64,000 nucleotides of DNA from a virus. This document shows positions 48,103 to 58,784 of the stretch, piece by piece. The notes below the pieces were generated by a model. The model had not been told where the DNA came from, did no database searches, and saw only the letters and a program-made list of their open reading frames with translations. The position numbers and the translations under genes were made by a program. Each line of letters opens with the position of its first letter. Position 1 is the first letter of the stretch. The stretch spans positions 32,001 through 96,000 of the IMG/VR virus record IMGVR_UViG_3300033145_000529. The stretch is one strand, 5' to 3'.

Positions 48103-48873
48103 ATGAGTGAATTTGGCAAAATTTTAGACGAAAGTAGCAAGAGAACAACTACAAGAGCGAGGTACGGTTCTGACTTTATTAAAGTTACGAGTGACCATCA
48201 AACGGTAATTAGAGTGCTTGATATTCGACCAGAAGTACAGTGGTCACACTTTGTACCAAAAGGACATCACGCCTTCCCTAATGCAAATGCGGGAAAGGGG
48301 ATGTCTTTTATGTGCCCAGGGTGGGATGATTGTCCTATCTGTGCTTGGAATCGAGGACAAAAGAAGACTGACCCAAAAACTAAGGATGTTCTAAATGCTC
48401 GTAAACTATATACCTTCAATGTTCTTGATAGAACATCTATTGCACTGTGTCCTAGTTGTGAAGCTGAACATTACGAGAGTGGCGGTTCTTACCCAAGTGA
48501 ATGTGAGTGTGGTGCAGATTTATCTAAAGTAGAAGCAACACCTCGTAATAAGATTCAAATTATGCAGAAGGGTAAGAGAATTGTAGACCAGTTTAAGTCG
48601 TTTGAGGAAGAACCTGAATTGGGTGACCTTAAAAATTATGATATTAAATTGGATACAAGGGGTAAGGGAAGTGAGTCAATGACTACTTGTGTTCCTAAGC
48701 AAAAGACTGAGATTGACATAGTTGAAGCTGTAGGTGAAGATTGGAAGGACAAGTTATATGACATTAAGCAAGTTACTGCACCATTATCTGCTGATGCTAT
48801 TGAGAGAATTCTTAACGGTGAAGACTATTACACTGTTCTGAGTTCCAAGAAAGATGAGGAGTCAACCTTATAA
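48103..48873 (+). CDS. single-stranded DNA-binding protein (gp32-like)
   Basis: C..CPIC Zn site, FNVLDR, YDI, acidic tail; first gene of the replication operon. Confidence 0.7.
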   Translation: MSEFGKILDESSKRTTTRARYGSDFIKVTSDHQTVIRVLDIRPEVQWSHFVPKGHHAFPNANAGKGMSFMCPGWDDCPICAWNRGQKKTDPKTKDVLNARKLYTFNVLDRTSIALCPSCEAEHYESGGSYPSECECGADLSKVEATPRNKIQIMQKGKRIVDQFKSFEEEPELGDLKNYDIKLDTRGKGSESMTTCVPKQKTEIDIVEAVGEDWKDKLYDIKQVTAPLSADAIERILNGEDYYTVLSSKKDEESTL

Positions 48874-48893
48874 TTTAACTGGAGATACTAAAT

Positions 48894-49406
48894 ATGGGCG
48901 ATATTGAAGATAACGCTCGTAGTTTAACATGGTGGTGGGGACAGTTAAATTTGGGTGATGATTGGAACTCAATGCCACGTGATATGAAGCGAGGACTTAT
49001 CAAGAAACTTCATATGGCATTTATTGATATTGCTGAGTTCAATATCTCTGAAAAGGACATTCTGAGTTTAATTAAGTTGACTGACCCACCTACCGTGTGG
49101 GATGCGATGTTGTCATTAACTAAATTACCTAAGACTAGGAGCAAGTGGGAAGTTCTTGCCTATTTGAAGGTGGTTGTTATTAATACGTGGAAGGCACAGC
49201 ATCCTATCATAAGGTCTAATATGCAACCACCACCACAACCACCGAAGCCAATAAAAATCGCTAGTGATAAGACGGTTGAAAGGTGGAATCCTCTTAACTT
49301 TAAGAGGAGACGCTGTGGATGTGGAAATATAATACGTAGTGACAATAAAACAGGTTTATGTAGAACCTGTCAGAGACACAGGAATGGAAAGAACGTTGAA
49401 CATTAG
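48894..49406 (+). CDS. hypothetical protein with C-terminal Zn finger
   Basis: CGCG..CRTC. Confidence 0.65.
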   Translation: MGDIEDNARSLTWWWGQLNLGDDWNSMPRDMKRGLIKKLHMAFIDIAEFNISEKDILSLIKLTDPPTVWDAMLSLTKLPKTRSKWEVLAYLKVVVINTWKAQHPIIRSNMQPPPQPPKPIKIASDKTVERWNPLNFKRRRCGCGNIIRSDNKTGLCRTCQRHRNGKNVEH

Positions 49407-50376
49407 TATTGCTTTGGTTGATGATTTAAAGATTCGCCAGCGTAGGGAACATGAGATATTGGGAGTTTGTCCTCATTGTGGTTGTGATGATGCAAATTTT
49501 AATACCGCAAAGTTGGTGTGGAGATGTCAACATTGTCCTGCTAGGGGTATAATTATTCCTGAAGAGGGGTACGAAGTTATAGAAGTTGAGGAAAAGGTGC
49601 TTGATGTCAAAGAAGTGAGAAGTCTTTATACTTCTTTGGGTAATAAATACTATCAAGACAGGGTACAATCTGCTTCAACTTACTTAAAGTCTAGAGGTTT
49701 AACACAACAGACAATTGATAACTTTAAGTTGGGGTTCTGTTCCACTGATTTTTATGATGAATATAGCAACCCGTTGGCTGAGGATGCTGGTCTTGTTTAT
49801 AATAATTATCCCGCATTAACTAATAGAATTACAATTCCATACTTAGTTTGTGGGGAAGTTACTGATTTAAGGGGACGAATACTTGATACTTACAAATATA
49901 AAGAAAGAACTCCAACTTATACGAGTTTGTCTGGTAGTCATGTGGTAAGAGGTGCAACTTTTCTTTTTAATCATGATATAATAGATACGAGTAATAGGAT
50001 TATAATAACTGAAGGAGAGTTTAAAGCCATTGTAGCCCACCAACATGGTTTCCCTATTGTGGCTACTCCTGGTGTTTTTGGATGGCAGAAGAGGTGGTCA
50101 TCATTGTTTAAAGGTAAAGAAGTTATTTTAGCGGCAGATTTTGATAGAGTTTTTGGTATATATTCTCCTGCTTATCTGATGACTAAAATGTTATTAAAGG
50201 AGATTCCACAGTTGAAGGTGGCAATATTAAGAATTGCAAGTTATACCATGAAGGGTAAAATTGATGTTGACTCGTTGATAGCTAATGGTCATTTGAAAAC
50301 TTTTAATAGAGCAATAGAAGGTGCGGTGGATGCCAGGTGGTGGTTAAAGCGAGAGGGGACGAAATATGGTAAATGA
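49384..50376 (+). CDS. DNA primase (DnaG-like)
   Basis: CPHC..CQHC, YLKSRGL, RITIP, GR, TEGEFKA, DFD TOPRIM motifs. Confidence 0.88.
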   Translation: MERTLNISIALVDDLKIRQRREHEILGVCPHCGCDDANFNTAKLVWRCQHCPARGIIIPEEGYEVIEVEEKVLDVKEVRSLYTSLGNKYYQDRVQSASTYLKSRGLTQQTIDNFKLGFCSTDFYDEYSNPLAEDAGLVYNNYPALTNRITIPYLVCGEVTDLRGRILDTYKYKERTPTYTSLSGSHVVRGATFLFNHDIIDTSNRIIITEGEFKAIVAHQHGFPIVATPGVFGWQKRWSSLFKGKEVILAADFDRVFGIYSPAYLMTKMLLKEIPQLKVAILRIASYTMKGKIDVDSLIANGHLKTFNRAIEGAVDARWWLKREGTKYGK

Positions 50377-51919
50377 GATACAATTAACTCAAGAGCAGAT
50401 TGACGAGATTGACCTTAAAACAGAGAATGAGGATATACTATTTGGTAATACTGCTTCTGTAATTAGAACTGCTGATGATGGGAGGCTTCCAGTTTCTTAT
50501 GAGAATGCGGAAGAGGCTCTCCTTGCCATGTTTATACTAGATGATGATGTTGCAGAGTACATAATTAAAAGTGGTTTAAATGAAACTCATTTTTCTAAGC
50601 GTAAAAATAGGATTATATTTCCCTTAATTTATAATGTTAGGCTTGAGAGAAGTGCTTGTACTTATGACTTTGTTGTTGACAAACTTGAGGGAGAGACGAT
50701 GCCAGATGGTCAGACCGTTCTTAGTTTTGTGGGTGGACTTTCTAAGTTGTCTGAGATAATAGAGTGTTGTCCAGCAGTTATTGATTTAAACGTTGCTCAA
50801 GGTTATGTTGAAATAATACATAAGCAATGGAAGTTAGCAAAGGTTCAAGAGATAACACGTAAGATTGGTGGTCAGAAAAAGTATGATGAATCTGCACTTA
50901 TTACTGATTTGTCTGACTTGGAACAAGTTGTAAGTGACCGTGCCGTTGAACGTGGTGGTCTTATTTCTTTGGGTGTTCTTATACCAGATGCTTATGAGCG
51001 TTATATGGATAGGAGAAATAACCCCCAAAAGTATAAGGGGATGGAAACTGGTTTTTACTGGTTGAATAGGGATAGAGCAATTAGTAAGAAACATGTAACT
51101 GTCATAGGGGCTAGTACTAATATTGGTAAAAGCGTACTTGTGTCCAATATAATAACTAAGATGATACTGGATGATGTGAAACTCCTATTGTTCACCCCCG
51201 AACTTGATAGAAGAGAATACATTGATAGGTTGATGTGTGGAGAGGCAAAAGTATCAATAGAGAGGTGGAACGATGGTGCTATTACAGATGAGGATAACAC
51301 TAGATATGGCGTAATTCAGGATAAATTACTTAAAAAAGCACAAAATCTTTATGTAGAAGATAGGGGAAATCAGAGTTGTAGTTTTATTTTGAGCAGTATC
51401 AAGAAACATTTATTAAACCATATTGTGGATGTTGTAGTGGTTGATTACCTACAAGATTTAGATTATGTAGGAGATACCAGGAGAGCTATTACTGACATAA
51501 TGAGAAGGTTCTGTGCTTTTGCAAAGGATAATGACATCGCATTTATAGTATTAAGTCAGTTTAGGCGTTTTGATGATAGTAGAGAGCCTACGAAGGAAGA
51601 TTTAAAGGAGAGTGGTGACATCGAGAACATGGCAGATTGTGTTATCTTATTGCACAGGCTGAGTCTAACTACACATGGTGAGAGAAATAAGGGGTGGTAT
51701 AAAATAGCTAAAAATAGGCACGGTCCACTTACCGATAATGTTGCCCTGACTTTTTGGGAAGATTATCTCAAGTTTACTGAAAATGATATTCCAGAAAGTG
51801 GTAAAGAAGATCAGGGGACACTTATTGGTGACTATGATAATAGTATACCTGATGAGAGTAGACCAACAGAACAGTCAGTTGCAGAGCAGATTAAGAAGGA
51901 GCAAGGTAGTGGCAGTTAA
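50366..51919 (+). CDS. dnaB: replicative helicase
   Basis: GASTNIGKS, VVDYLQ, LSQF.R, LKESGDIENMAD, KNRHG. Confidence 0.92.
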   Translation: MVNEIQLTQEQIDEIDLKTENEDILFGNTASVIRTADDGRLPVSYENAEEALLAMFILDDDVAEYIIKSGLNETHFSKRKNRIIFPLIYNVRLERSACTYDFVVDKLEGETMPDGQTVLSFVGGLSKLSEIIECCPAVIDLNVAQGYVEIIHKQWKLAKVQEITRKIGGQKKYDESALITDLSDLEQVVSDRAVERGGLISLGVLIPDAYERYMDRRNNPQKYKGMETGFYWLNRDRAISKKHVTVIGASTNIGKSVLVSNIITKMILDDVKLLLFTPELDRREYIDRLMCGEAKVSIERWNDGAITDEDNTRYGVIQDKLLKKAQNLYVEDRGNQSCSFILSSIKKHLLNHIVDVVVVDYLQDLDYVGDTRRAITDIMRRFCAFAKDNDIAFIVLSQFRRFDDSREPTKEDLKESGDIENMADCVILLHRLSLTTHGERNKGWYKIAKNRHGPLTDNVALTFWEDYLKFTENDIPESGKEDQGTLIGDYDNSIPDESRPTEQSVAEQIKKEQGSGS

Positions 51920-52385
51920 AAAGGGTAAAGTATTTGAACGTGAAACTGCGGCTTTAGCGGGTGTTTCCCCCAAGGGGAAAATTTATGGCAGAAGAATAGA
52001 GAGGTCTGGAGCAATTGGTACAGCAGAGGGAATATCCGAGTTGGCAGGGGATGTTAGATGGATGTTACCTTGGCTTGACTCAGAAATACACTTAGAGTGT
52101 AAGCATGGTTATAGTGATAAAGGTCAAGAAAGAAAATCAATGCGTATTGAACGGAAATGGTTTGATAAGCATATAACACAAGCGAAATCTTTAGATTTTT
52201 ATCCCGCTTTTGCTTTTAAGTTTAAGTTCACTCAACAGAATGGTATGAGTAAGATGGTCGTAATCCCATTTCCAGTAATGGAGAGAGTTCTGCGTGAGGC
52301 TAATAATGTATATGAGGAATTAGAAGAGCTAAAAAGAGAGTTGGTTATGTGGCAAAAAGGAATTAAAACAAGGAAGGACGAATAA
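51909..52385 (+). CDS. Holliday junction resolvase (Hjc-like PD-(D/E)XK)
   Basis: KGKVFERE, SGA, GDV, LECK; start GTG51909. Confidence 0.75.
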   Translation: MAVKKGKVFERETAALAGVSPKGKIYGRRIERSGAIGTAEGISELAGDVRWMLPWLDSEIHLECKHGYSDKGQERKSMRIERKWFDKHITQAKSLDFYPAFAFKFKFTQQNGMSKMVVIPFPVMERVLREANNVYEELEELKRELVMWQKGIKTRKDE

Positions 52386-53002
52386 TGGAGATTATAGAAC
52401 CATCTGTTGAGATTATTGACGATATAAATGAGTTGCAAATTATCACCAAGCTTGAGTTGTGCGGTAGGACTGCTTATAAGTCAGAGGATAAAATTACTAA
52501 AGGTTCTGCGGAGAAGTTTATTCGTAGTATAATTAAATCGGGACACGGTAGTGTTTTAGAGCATACTAATATCACAGTAAAGTTTATATGTGATAGAGGT
52601 GTGACACATGAACTCGTTAGACATCGTATAGCTTCTTATACTCAAGAGTCAACGAGATACTGTAATTACAGTAAAAAGGGTGTAATGTTTATCCGTCCTC
52701 TTTTTTGGGACGAGGGTTCACTGGAATGGGGACTGTGGTATAGAGCAATGCAGGAAGCTGAGATTAGATACAATAAACTAATTAAGCTAGGAGCAACACC
52801 TCAAGAGGCTAGAAGCGTATTACCTAATTCCCTAAAGACTGAAATTGCAACTACTATGAATATCAGAGAGTGGAGACATGTTCTTGGTTTGAGAACGCAA
52901 CCAAATTGTCATCCGCAAATGCGGCAACTTATGTATATACTTTTATTAGAGTTCAGGAAGAAGTTACCCGTTCTATTTGAAGATGTGGGAGTATTAGAAT
53001 AA
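52385..53002 (+). CDS. thyX: flavin-dependent thymidylate synthase
   Basis: GHGSVLEH, RHRIASYTQESTRY, ARSVLP, HPQMR. Confidence 0.96.
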   Translation: MEIIEPSVEIIDDINELQIITKLELCGRTAYKSEDKITKGSAEKFIRSIIKSGHGSVLEHTNITVKFICDRGVTHELVRHRIASYTQESTRYCNYSKKGVMFIRPLFWDEGSLEWGLWYRAMQEAEIRYNKLIKLGATPQEARSVLPNSLKTEIATTMNIREWRHVLGLRTQPNCHPQMRQLMYILLLEFRKKLPVLFEDVGVLE

Positions 53003-53004
53003 TA

Positions 53005-53181
53005 ATGCGAAGAAATCGCTTCTATAATTTGTTCACAAAGGAAGAAGAGGAACGTAGAGCAGTAAATTGTTATTATGCTGATTTAATTATTTGTGACAAG
53101 AGAGTTGCGAGTAGGTGTAGGCAGGAGTCGTATAGGTTGTGGCGTAAATGCCCGAAACACAGAGGAGAAGAAAGTGTATGA
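53005..53181 (+). CDS. 58-aa Cys-containing hypothetical protein
   Basis: Manual translation MRRNRFYNLFTKEEEERR..CPKH; stop overlaps next ATG. Confidence 0.55.
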   Translation: MRRNRFYNLFTKEEEERRAVNCYYADLIICDKRVASRCRQESYRLWRKCPKHRGEESV

Positions 53182-54233
53182 TTGATTGGATTTTTGACAA
53201 GTCAAGACGTTTGACCGAACTTGTTTGTGACCCCGAAAGATACAGCGAAAGTCAAATAGCTAAGATAATGACTGAAGAGTTCGGGGAAGAGTTTTCTAGA
53301 GATGCTGTTCATAATAAAATTTTGCGGCTTAGTGTGAGGTCACTTCTTGATAGACCAATACCAAATAGGATGCCATACTATTCCGCTTACAAGGACATCA
53401 TAGAAGGTATTGAGGATGAACCAGATAAGGTACTTGAGCTTCAACCGAATCAAATGTACCTAGAACTACCAAAGGAAAACTTAAAAATTCTGCATCTTGG
53501 TGACCCCCATATCCCATTTCAGTGTGATGACCAGGTACAGATTGCTATGAATAGAAATGCGTCTGCGGATGTTGTACTAACAACTGAAGTCATTGATTGC
53601 TACTCTATTTCAAGGTTTAATAAGAATCTAAGCGTTCCTTTTGAGGTAGAGATAGACAATGCGGTTAGGTATTTTGAAACCCTGAGTGAGAACTTTCCCT
53701 TAGTTATTGTCACATCGGGCAATCATGACAAAAGGATAGATAAGGCTTTCATGAAAGGTGTTCCACCATCCTTACTGTGGTTGGTTAAAGGCAGTATCCT
53801 GAAGCTGTTAGCGAAACCTTTCCCCAATATTATAGTGTCTGAGACACCTGTTTTACAGATAAATGATGCTGTATTTGCTCATGCAGAGTTCTTCTCAAAA
53901 GTTGATTTGAAGGCGGCAATGAATGTTAGAAGTTTCCTTGATGAATGGAAAGATACGTTAAGTTTACGTGACTTCCGTCTTGTAATAGAGTCTCATACTC
54001 ATATGGTAGGTGCAACTTACAGAAGTGGTAATCTGAAGGTAATGGAAAGTGGATGTCTTTGCAGAGTTCCAGATTATGCTGTTATGGGGTTTTATAGTAA
54101 ACCTCAGACTAATGGATATGTTGTTGTGGTTCAAAAAAATGGGGTTACTGACTTTAATCTTACTAGAGAGTATGTGTTCCCAACAGAGAGGTATACACCA
54201 AATGTCTTCACAGGAGTGAGGATGGAGATATAA
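53178..54233 (+). CDS. metallophosphoesterase with N-terminal HTH
   Basis: GDPHIPF, GNHD, SHTH, SGCLC. Confidence 0.85.
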   Translation: MIDWIFDKSRRLTELVCDPERYSESQIAKIMTEEFGEEFSRDAVHNKILRLSVRSLLDRPIPNRMPYYSAYKDIIEGIEDEPDKVLELQPNQMYLELPKENLKILHLGDPHIPFQCDDQVQIAMNRNASADVVLTTEVIDCYSISRFNKNLSVPFEVEIDNAVRYFETLSENFPLVIVTSGNHDKRIDKAFMKGVPPSLLWLVKGSILKLLAKPFPNIIVSETPVLQINDAVFAHAEFFSKVDLKAAMNVRSFLDEWKDTLSLRDFRLVIESHTHMVGATYRSGNLKVMESGCLCRVPDYAVMGFYSKPQTNGYVVVVQKNGVTDFNLTREYVFPTERYTPNVFTGVRMEI

Positions 54234-54562
54234 TGTATAGAATAGAGGGTGATGGTAGTTATCAGCATACTGTAATTTGGAGAGATGGTGAGCAAATTTC
54301 CTATGAACAATGTGAATTTAGGATAAACCAAGAGGAAGAATGTGTTGCAGTTGTTGATGGTGTATTTGGTACTCTTGACCGTATGTTATTAACTGGTATT
54401 TACATGATAGTAAGCGATGGTAAGTTTACCAATTCTAAGCTGTTCTATATGACAGAAATACTTCACGGTGTTCAGTGGTTGAAAGGTATTATAAAGCAAG
54501 AGGGACATCCTGAGCTACGGTTGGGTACTATATTGTTACCTAATTTTATTGAGGAAGAATAA
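54233..54562 (+). CDS. hypothetical protein
   Basis: Translationally coupled on both sides (TAATG). Confidence 0.7.
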   Translation: MYRIEGDGSYQHTVIWRDGEQISYEQCEFRINQEEECVAVVDGVFGTLDRMLLTGIYMIVSDGKFTNSKLFYMTEILHGVQWLKGIIKQEGHPELRLGTILLPNFIEEE

Positions 54563-54987
54563 TGTTTGAAGTGTGGGTAGATGGGTCTGTAAGAAATGGT
54601 AACCCAGGTTTTGGTGGGGTTGGTGTTTACGTAGAACACGATGGTATTGAGGTGTGGAGATACTCTTCACTGTGGGGTGAAGATGTTTCTAATAATCAAA
54701 TAGAATATGCGGCTATGATATATGCTTTAGAGTATTTGCAAGGTATTAATACTACAAATGAACCTTGTAAAATATATACAGACAGTGCCCTTGTTCACGG
54801 TCACGTAGTGAAAAGGTGGAAATGTAATTTTGAGCATCTTAGAATTTTACGAAATGAGGTTATTATGCTAATACGAACTGCGTCTTTTAAGGTGGAGATA
54901 GTTTGGAATGGCAGACTCAGTAATGAAATAGCTAATGAGTTAGCTCAAGCGGTTACAGAAAAGGAGAAATTGGCAAGGAGAGGATGA
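54562..54987 (+). CDS. rnhA: ribonuclease HI
   Basis: VDGS..NPG, SNNQIEY, TDS, NEIA. Confidence 0.88.
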   Translation: MFEVWVDGSVRNGNPGFGGVGVYVEHDGIEVWRYSSLWGEDVSNNQIEYAAMIYALEYLQGINTTNEPCKIYTDSALVHGHVVKRWKCNFEHLRILRNEVIMLIRTASFKVEIVWNGRLSNEIANELAQAVTEKEKLARRG

Positions 54988-55394
54988 TGGCAGAGTTTGA
55001 CAAAGTTAAAGATAGCGGCAAACATCAAGAATTTGAAACTGGTAGTAAAAGAGATACTAGGGACGGGAAGGGACGTTTTGACCTTATCCCATCATATGCT
55101 TTAACTAGGCTTGCTAGGCACTATGAGAATGGTGCTAAGAAATATGGTGATAGAAACTGGGAAAGGGGGCAACCCCTGGCTCGATATTTGGATTCTATGA
55201 TTCGGCATGCTTATAAGTTTTTGGGTGGCAGCCAAGAGGAAGACCATCTTGCGGCTGTTGCTTGGAATGCTCTTGCTTATATTGAAACAGAGCATAGAAT
55301 AGAACAGGGGATTCTATCAGTAGACCTTGATGACATAGAATTAGTGAGGAAGATGTTAAATGGAGGGAATAATAAAACTGAACAGAAAACTTAG
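54984..55394 (+). CDS. dATP/dGTP diphosphohydrolase-like (DUF5664)
   Basis: GKGRFDLIP, GAKKYGDRNWERG, RH, EDHLAAVAWN. Confidence 0.88.
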   Translation: MMAEFDKVKDSGKHQEFETGSKRDTRDGKGRFDLIPSYALTRLARHYENGAKKYGDRNWERGQPLARYLDSMIRHAYKFLGGSQEEDHLAAVAWNALAYIETEHRIEQGILSVDLDDIELVRKMLNGGNNKTEQKT

Positions 55395-55639
55395 GAACGA
55401 TGGTCGTAAGTTTTGTTCTTCTTGTAATAGAGAGGTATCATTAGACTTATTTTCTGGTAATACCGCTTCGTGTAAAGATTGTAAGAATAAAAGAGGATAG
55501 ATTGATACCAGAAAAAGGTTATACTCAAGGTAACGTGGTTTGGTGTGTTTGGTGGGTTAACAGGATGAAGTTTGAAATGGATAGTGGTACGTTTTATAGT
55601 AGAGTTCAATTGATTATGGAGCACAGATATGAGCAGTAA
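55360..55639 (+). pseudogene. HNH endonuclease remnant with internal deletion
   Basis: KFCSSC..CKDC N-terminus joined out of frame to DRLIPEKGYTQGNVVWCVWWVNRMK. Confidence 0.75.
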
Positions 55640-56033
55640 ACATAAAAGTCATAGCTTAGATAAGGAATGTCTTTGTCCAAAGTGTCATTTACGGTTCGTT
55701 TGTTTTACTGAGGAACGAGTGTTCTCTGACCCCATATATCAGGGGTTGTTTGAAGCATTGATGGCTCAAGGGAAGTCTAGGGAAAAAGCTCTTGACGAAG
55801 TGACGGCTGAAATTAAGTTTAGGATGAATAACCCTATCGAAATAGGTGGTGGAAGTAATGGTACAATGTACCCACTTCCAACTACAATACCAGCTATCAC
55901 ACCAAATATTCAACCAGATGTACAACCTTGGATAGTGATTTCCGAGTATTCTGATACTGTTAATGACAAAGGAGAAGTGCAGGTGAATTATACTATGTAT
56001 GATGGGAAGGAAGTTAGCTGGTTATGCAAATAA
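55629..56033 (+). CDS. hypothetical protein with CxxCxLRFxCFT motif
   Basis: CPKCHLRFVCFT. Confidence 0.7.
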   Translation: MSSKHKSHSLDKECLCPKCHLRFVCFTEERVFSDPIYQGLFEALMAQGKSREKALDEVTAEIKFRMNNPIEIGGGSNGTMYPLPTTIPAITPNIQPDVQPWIVISEYSDTVNDKGEVQVNYTMYDGKEVSWLCK

Positions 56034-58012
56034 ACTTAGACAATTATGAACTCATTGAGAAAAATGCAGAAATACCTTTAATCTTGGTAGAGGCGGAACA
56101 GTGCAAGTATATAGGTCTTGATACTGAGAATAAGGGCGGACTTGACATTCTTGCACCAGGAGTTAAGCTACTTCTTGTTCAGCTTGAAATAAAGGGCAAA
56201 GCATATATTATTGATGCCCGAAAGGTTGATATATCTCTTTTAAGTGACTTATTAATGAACAGGAAGCGATGGATTAAAATTGTCCAAAACGCTAACTATG
56301 ATTACAAAATTTTGAAAGTGCTACGTGGAATTCCTCTTCGTGGAGTCTTTGACACTAAGATAGCGGAGTCATTATTGCATATGGGAATAGGAAAAGGGGG
56401 AAATTCTCTTGATAATCTTTCACTCAAGTACCTAGACTACAAGATGGATAAGGATATTGTGTTAACATTTGTTAACCATCCTGATGATGCACCGTTTACA
56501 GAGGAACAACTTCGCTATGCGGCTGGCGATGTTCTTGTTCTCCCAGGAATACGTAAACGACAACAAATGTATTTGAATCAGTATAGGCTTAATCCAATTG
56601 CTGAATTGGAGTTTGCTTTAGTTGAATCAGTGGCGGAAATGGAACTTGCTGGTATTACTCTAGATTCTGAGATGTGGAATAAAAGCTTAGATAACACTAA
56701 GAAGAAGTTATTTAAAATAAGTACTGAATTGAGGCAGGTTTTACCAGATCCACCAGTACCACCTCCCAAACTAGTGAGATTGAAGAAGGATGGTACTCCA
56801 TATGCCAATACACCCAAATCAAAACCACCACCAGTTCTTAATCTCGATAGTTGGCAACAGCTTGTACAGGCTTTTAATGAAATTGGTGTAGACTTACGGG
56901 AGGTCAATAAGAAGACGAGGAAAGGTCCAACTAATAGTGGAACTATAAAAGTCGCTCAAAGTGTCTACAATAGTGATTCTGTGAAAGCTACCACGCTTAA
57001 AAACCTAATAAAATATAGGGGACTTAATCAGGTCAAGAAAACTTTTGGTGATAATCTTATTAATTGTATTAGAGATGATGGAAGAATCCATGCGAGATTT
57101 CATCAGAATGGAACTGAAAGTGGGCGGTTTAGTAGCTCTGCCCCCAACCTTCAAAATATTCAGAAGAAGGGCAAGGAAGGAGAGATATTAAGGTCTTGTT
57201 TTGTTCCAGCACCAGGTTATAAATTTGTCATTGCTGATTATAGTCAAATTGAATTAAGAATAGTTGCGGAGTTGAGTGGTGACCCTGTAATGTTGGCTAT
57301 GCTTCAAGACCCGAAAGGGGACATTCATCGGGCTACTGCATCTCAAATGTACAAAGTTTCATATGACAGCGTTTCTACGGTATTGAGGAGAGCGGCTAAA
57401 ACCTTGAATTTTGGTATTATTTATGGGATGATGATAAAGACACTTGCAGAGCGTCTTAATTGTTCTTCCACTGAGGCAGACGGTCACCTACGAAGGTATA
57501 ATGAGACATACTCTACTTTGATGGAATGGTTAAAAGATGAGGGTGATGCTGCATATAAGAGAGGTTGGACTAGAACAATTGGTGGTAGAATCAGGTGGTT
57601 TCCCACATTAAATGAGAAAGATTTTGAGACGAAGCGAGAATTTAATAATATGGTTGACTTCTTCAAGCGAGTAGGAAGGAATCACCCTGTTCAGGGGACA
57701 TCTGCTGATATGACCAAGACGTCTATTGTTCTGCTTTATTTTCCTTTGTTACACTTTACATCTAAATTAGTCAATACTATTCATGATGAACTTTGCATTG
57801 AGACACCAATTAAGCATACTATAGAGGTGGCGCATATAGTAAAAGAGAGAATGATTCATGCAGGAGAGCAGTTCTTACACAAAGTTCCTGTCCTAGTAGA
57901 TGTTAAAATAAGAGATTCTTGGTGGGTAAGTGACGATGTACCTGATGATGAAAGTGGGCAACAATTGTGGTTAATGCCACAAAGGTATGGATTGGATGGT
58001 AACGGGCAGTAA
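56024..58012 (+). CDS. polA: DNA polymerase family A with 3'-5' exonuclease
   Basis: GLDTE, YAAGD, SGRFSS..PNLQNI, ADYSQIELR, KTLNFGIIYG, HDE. Confidence 0.95.
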   Translation: MQINLDNYELIEKNAEIPLILVEAEQCKYIGLDTENKGGLDILAPGVKLLLVQLEIKGKAYIIDARKVDISLLSDLLMNRKRWIKIVQNANYDYKILKVLRGIPLRGVFDTKIAESLLHMGIGKGGNSLDNLSLKYLDYKMDKDIVLTFVNHPDDAPFTEEQLRYAAGDVLVLPGIRKRQQMYLNQYRLNPIAELEFALVESVAEMELAGITLDSEMWNKSLDNTKKKLFKISTELRQVLPDPPVPPPKLVRLKKDGTPYANTPKSKPPPVLNLDSWQQLVQAFNEIGVDLREVNKKTRKGPTNSGTIKVAQSVYNSDSVKATTLKNLIKYRGLNQVKKTFGDNLINCIRDDGRIHARFHQNGTESGRFSSSAPNLQNIQKKGKEGEILRSCFVPAPGYKFVIADYSQIELRIVAELSGDPVMLAMLQDPKGDIHRATASQMYKVSYDSVSTVLRRAAKTLNFGIIYGMMIKTLAERLNCSSTEADGHLRRYNETYSTLMEWLKDEGDAAYKRGWTRTIGGRIRWFPTLNEKDFETKREFNNMVDFFKRVGRNHPVQGTSADMTKTSIVLLYFPLLHFTSKLVNTIHDELCIETPIKHTIEVAHIVKERMIHAGEQFLHKVPVLVDVKIRDSWWVSDDVPDDESGQQLWLMPQRYGLDGNGQ

Positions 58013-58200
58013 AGTTGATGACGCTATTACTTGTATTGTAGCGATATACCGCACTTGTCGGCAAGCTGTCATCTACAAATATACTAGAAAGATACCCGCA
58101 TAATGAAGAATTGCCAGGATTAGAGGAGGAGTGCGAAAAATGTGAATTTAGTTTTTTGCGTGCTTCTTCTAGGAGTAGAAGTCATGTATCATGGGGGTAA
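57996..58200 (+). pseudogene. degenerate member of the CxxCxxRFxCxT family
   Basis: Frameshifted; CEKCEFSFLRASS at ~58132-58170. Confidence 0.4.
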
Positions 58201-58214
58201 GTAAGGAGAGGTTA

Positions 58215-58784
58215 ATGAAAGAACATACAAGTCAACATGAGTGGGATTTACATTTTATGAGAGAGACTAAGCTTTGGATGGGGAGGAGCAAATGTCTTTC
58301 CAGACAAATCGGTGCTGTTTTAGTTCAAGGTAAGCATATTATAGCAAGTGGGTACAATGGACCTCCAATGGGTGTTCCCCATTGTGACCATAGAAATAAT
58401 CAAGGATACTACACTAATTTTGTTGAGGAGAAGTGTCCACGACAAAGAATGGGGTTTAAGAGTGGTGAGGGTATGGAGCATTGTGTTGCTGTTCATGCAG
58501 AGATAAACCCCATTATGCAGGCGGCAAAAATGGGCATCTCAACTAGAGGTGCAACGCTCTATTGCTATTGTGGTACACCTTGCATTAACTGTACAAAAGA
58601 GATTATACAAGCTGGAATAACGAGAATAGTTTGTCTTGGCAAAAGTGGAACTTCTCATGCACAAATAAAAGATGGGGATAACCCCACAAAGAGAGGATAC
58701 AACTTTCCATTGTCGGAGAAGATACTTGAACTGGTTGGAGTTAAATTAGATGTAATTACCGAAGAAGAGGTAAATAGTGGCTAA
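58215..58784 (+). CDS. dCMP deaminase
   Basis: SKCLSRQIGAV, GYNG, HAEIN, PCINC. Confidence 0.92.
   Translation: MKEHTSQHEWDLHFMRETKLWMGRSKCLSRQIGAVLVQGKHIIASGYNGPPMGVPHCDHRNNQGYYTNFVEEKCPRQRMGFKSGEGMEHCVAVHAEINPIMQAAKMGISTRGATLYCYCGTPCINCTKEIIQAGITRIVCLGKSGTSHAQIKDGDNPTKRGYNFPLSEKILELVGVKLDVITEEEVNSG

Noticed and set aside
4271-58012. Inteins or introns in nrdJ, terL, dnaB, polA
   Set aside because: Normal lengths, contiguous motifs, no intein splice-junction signatures
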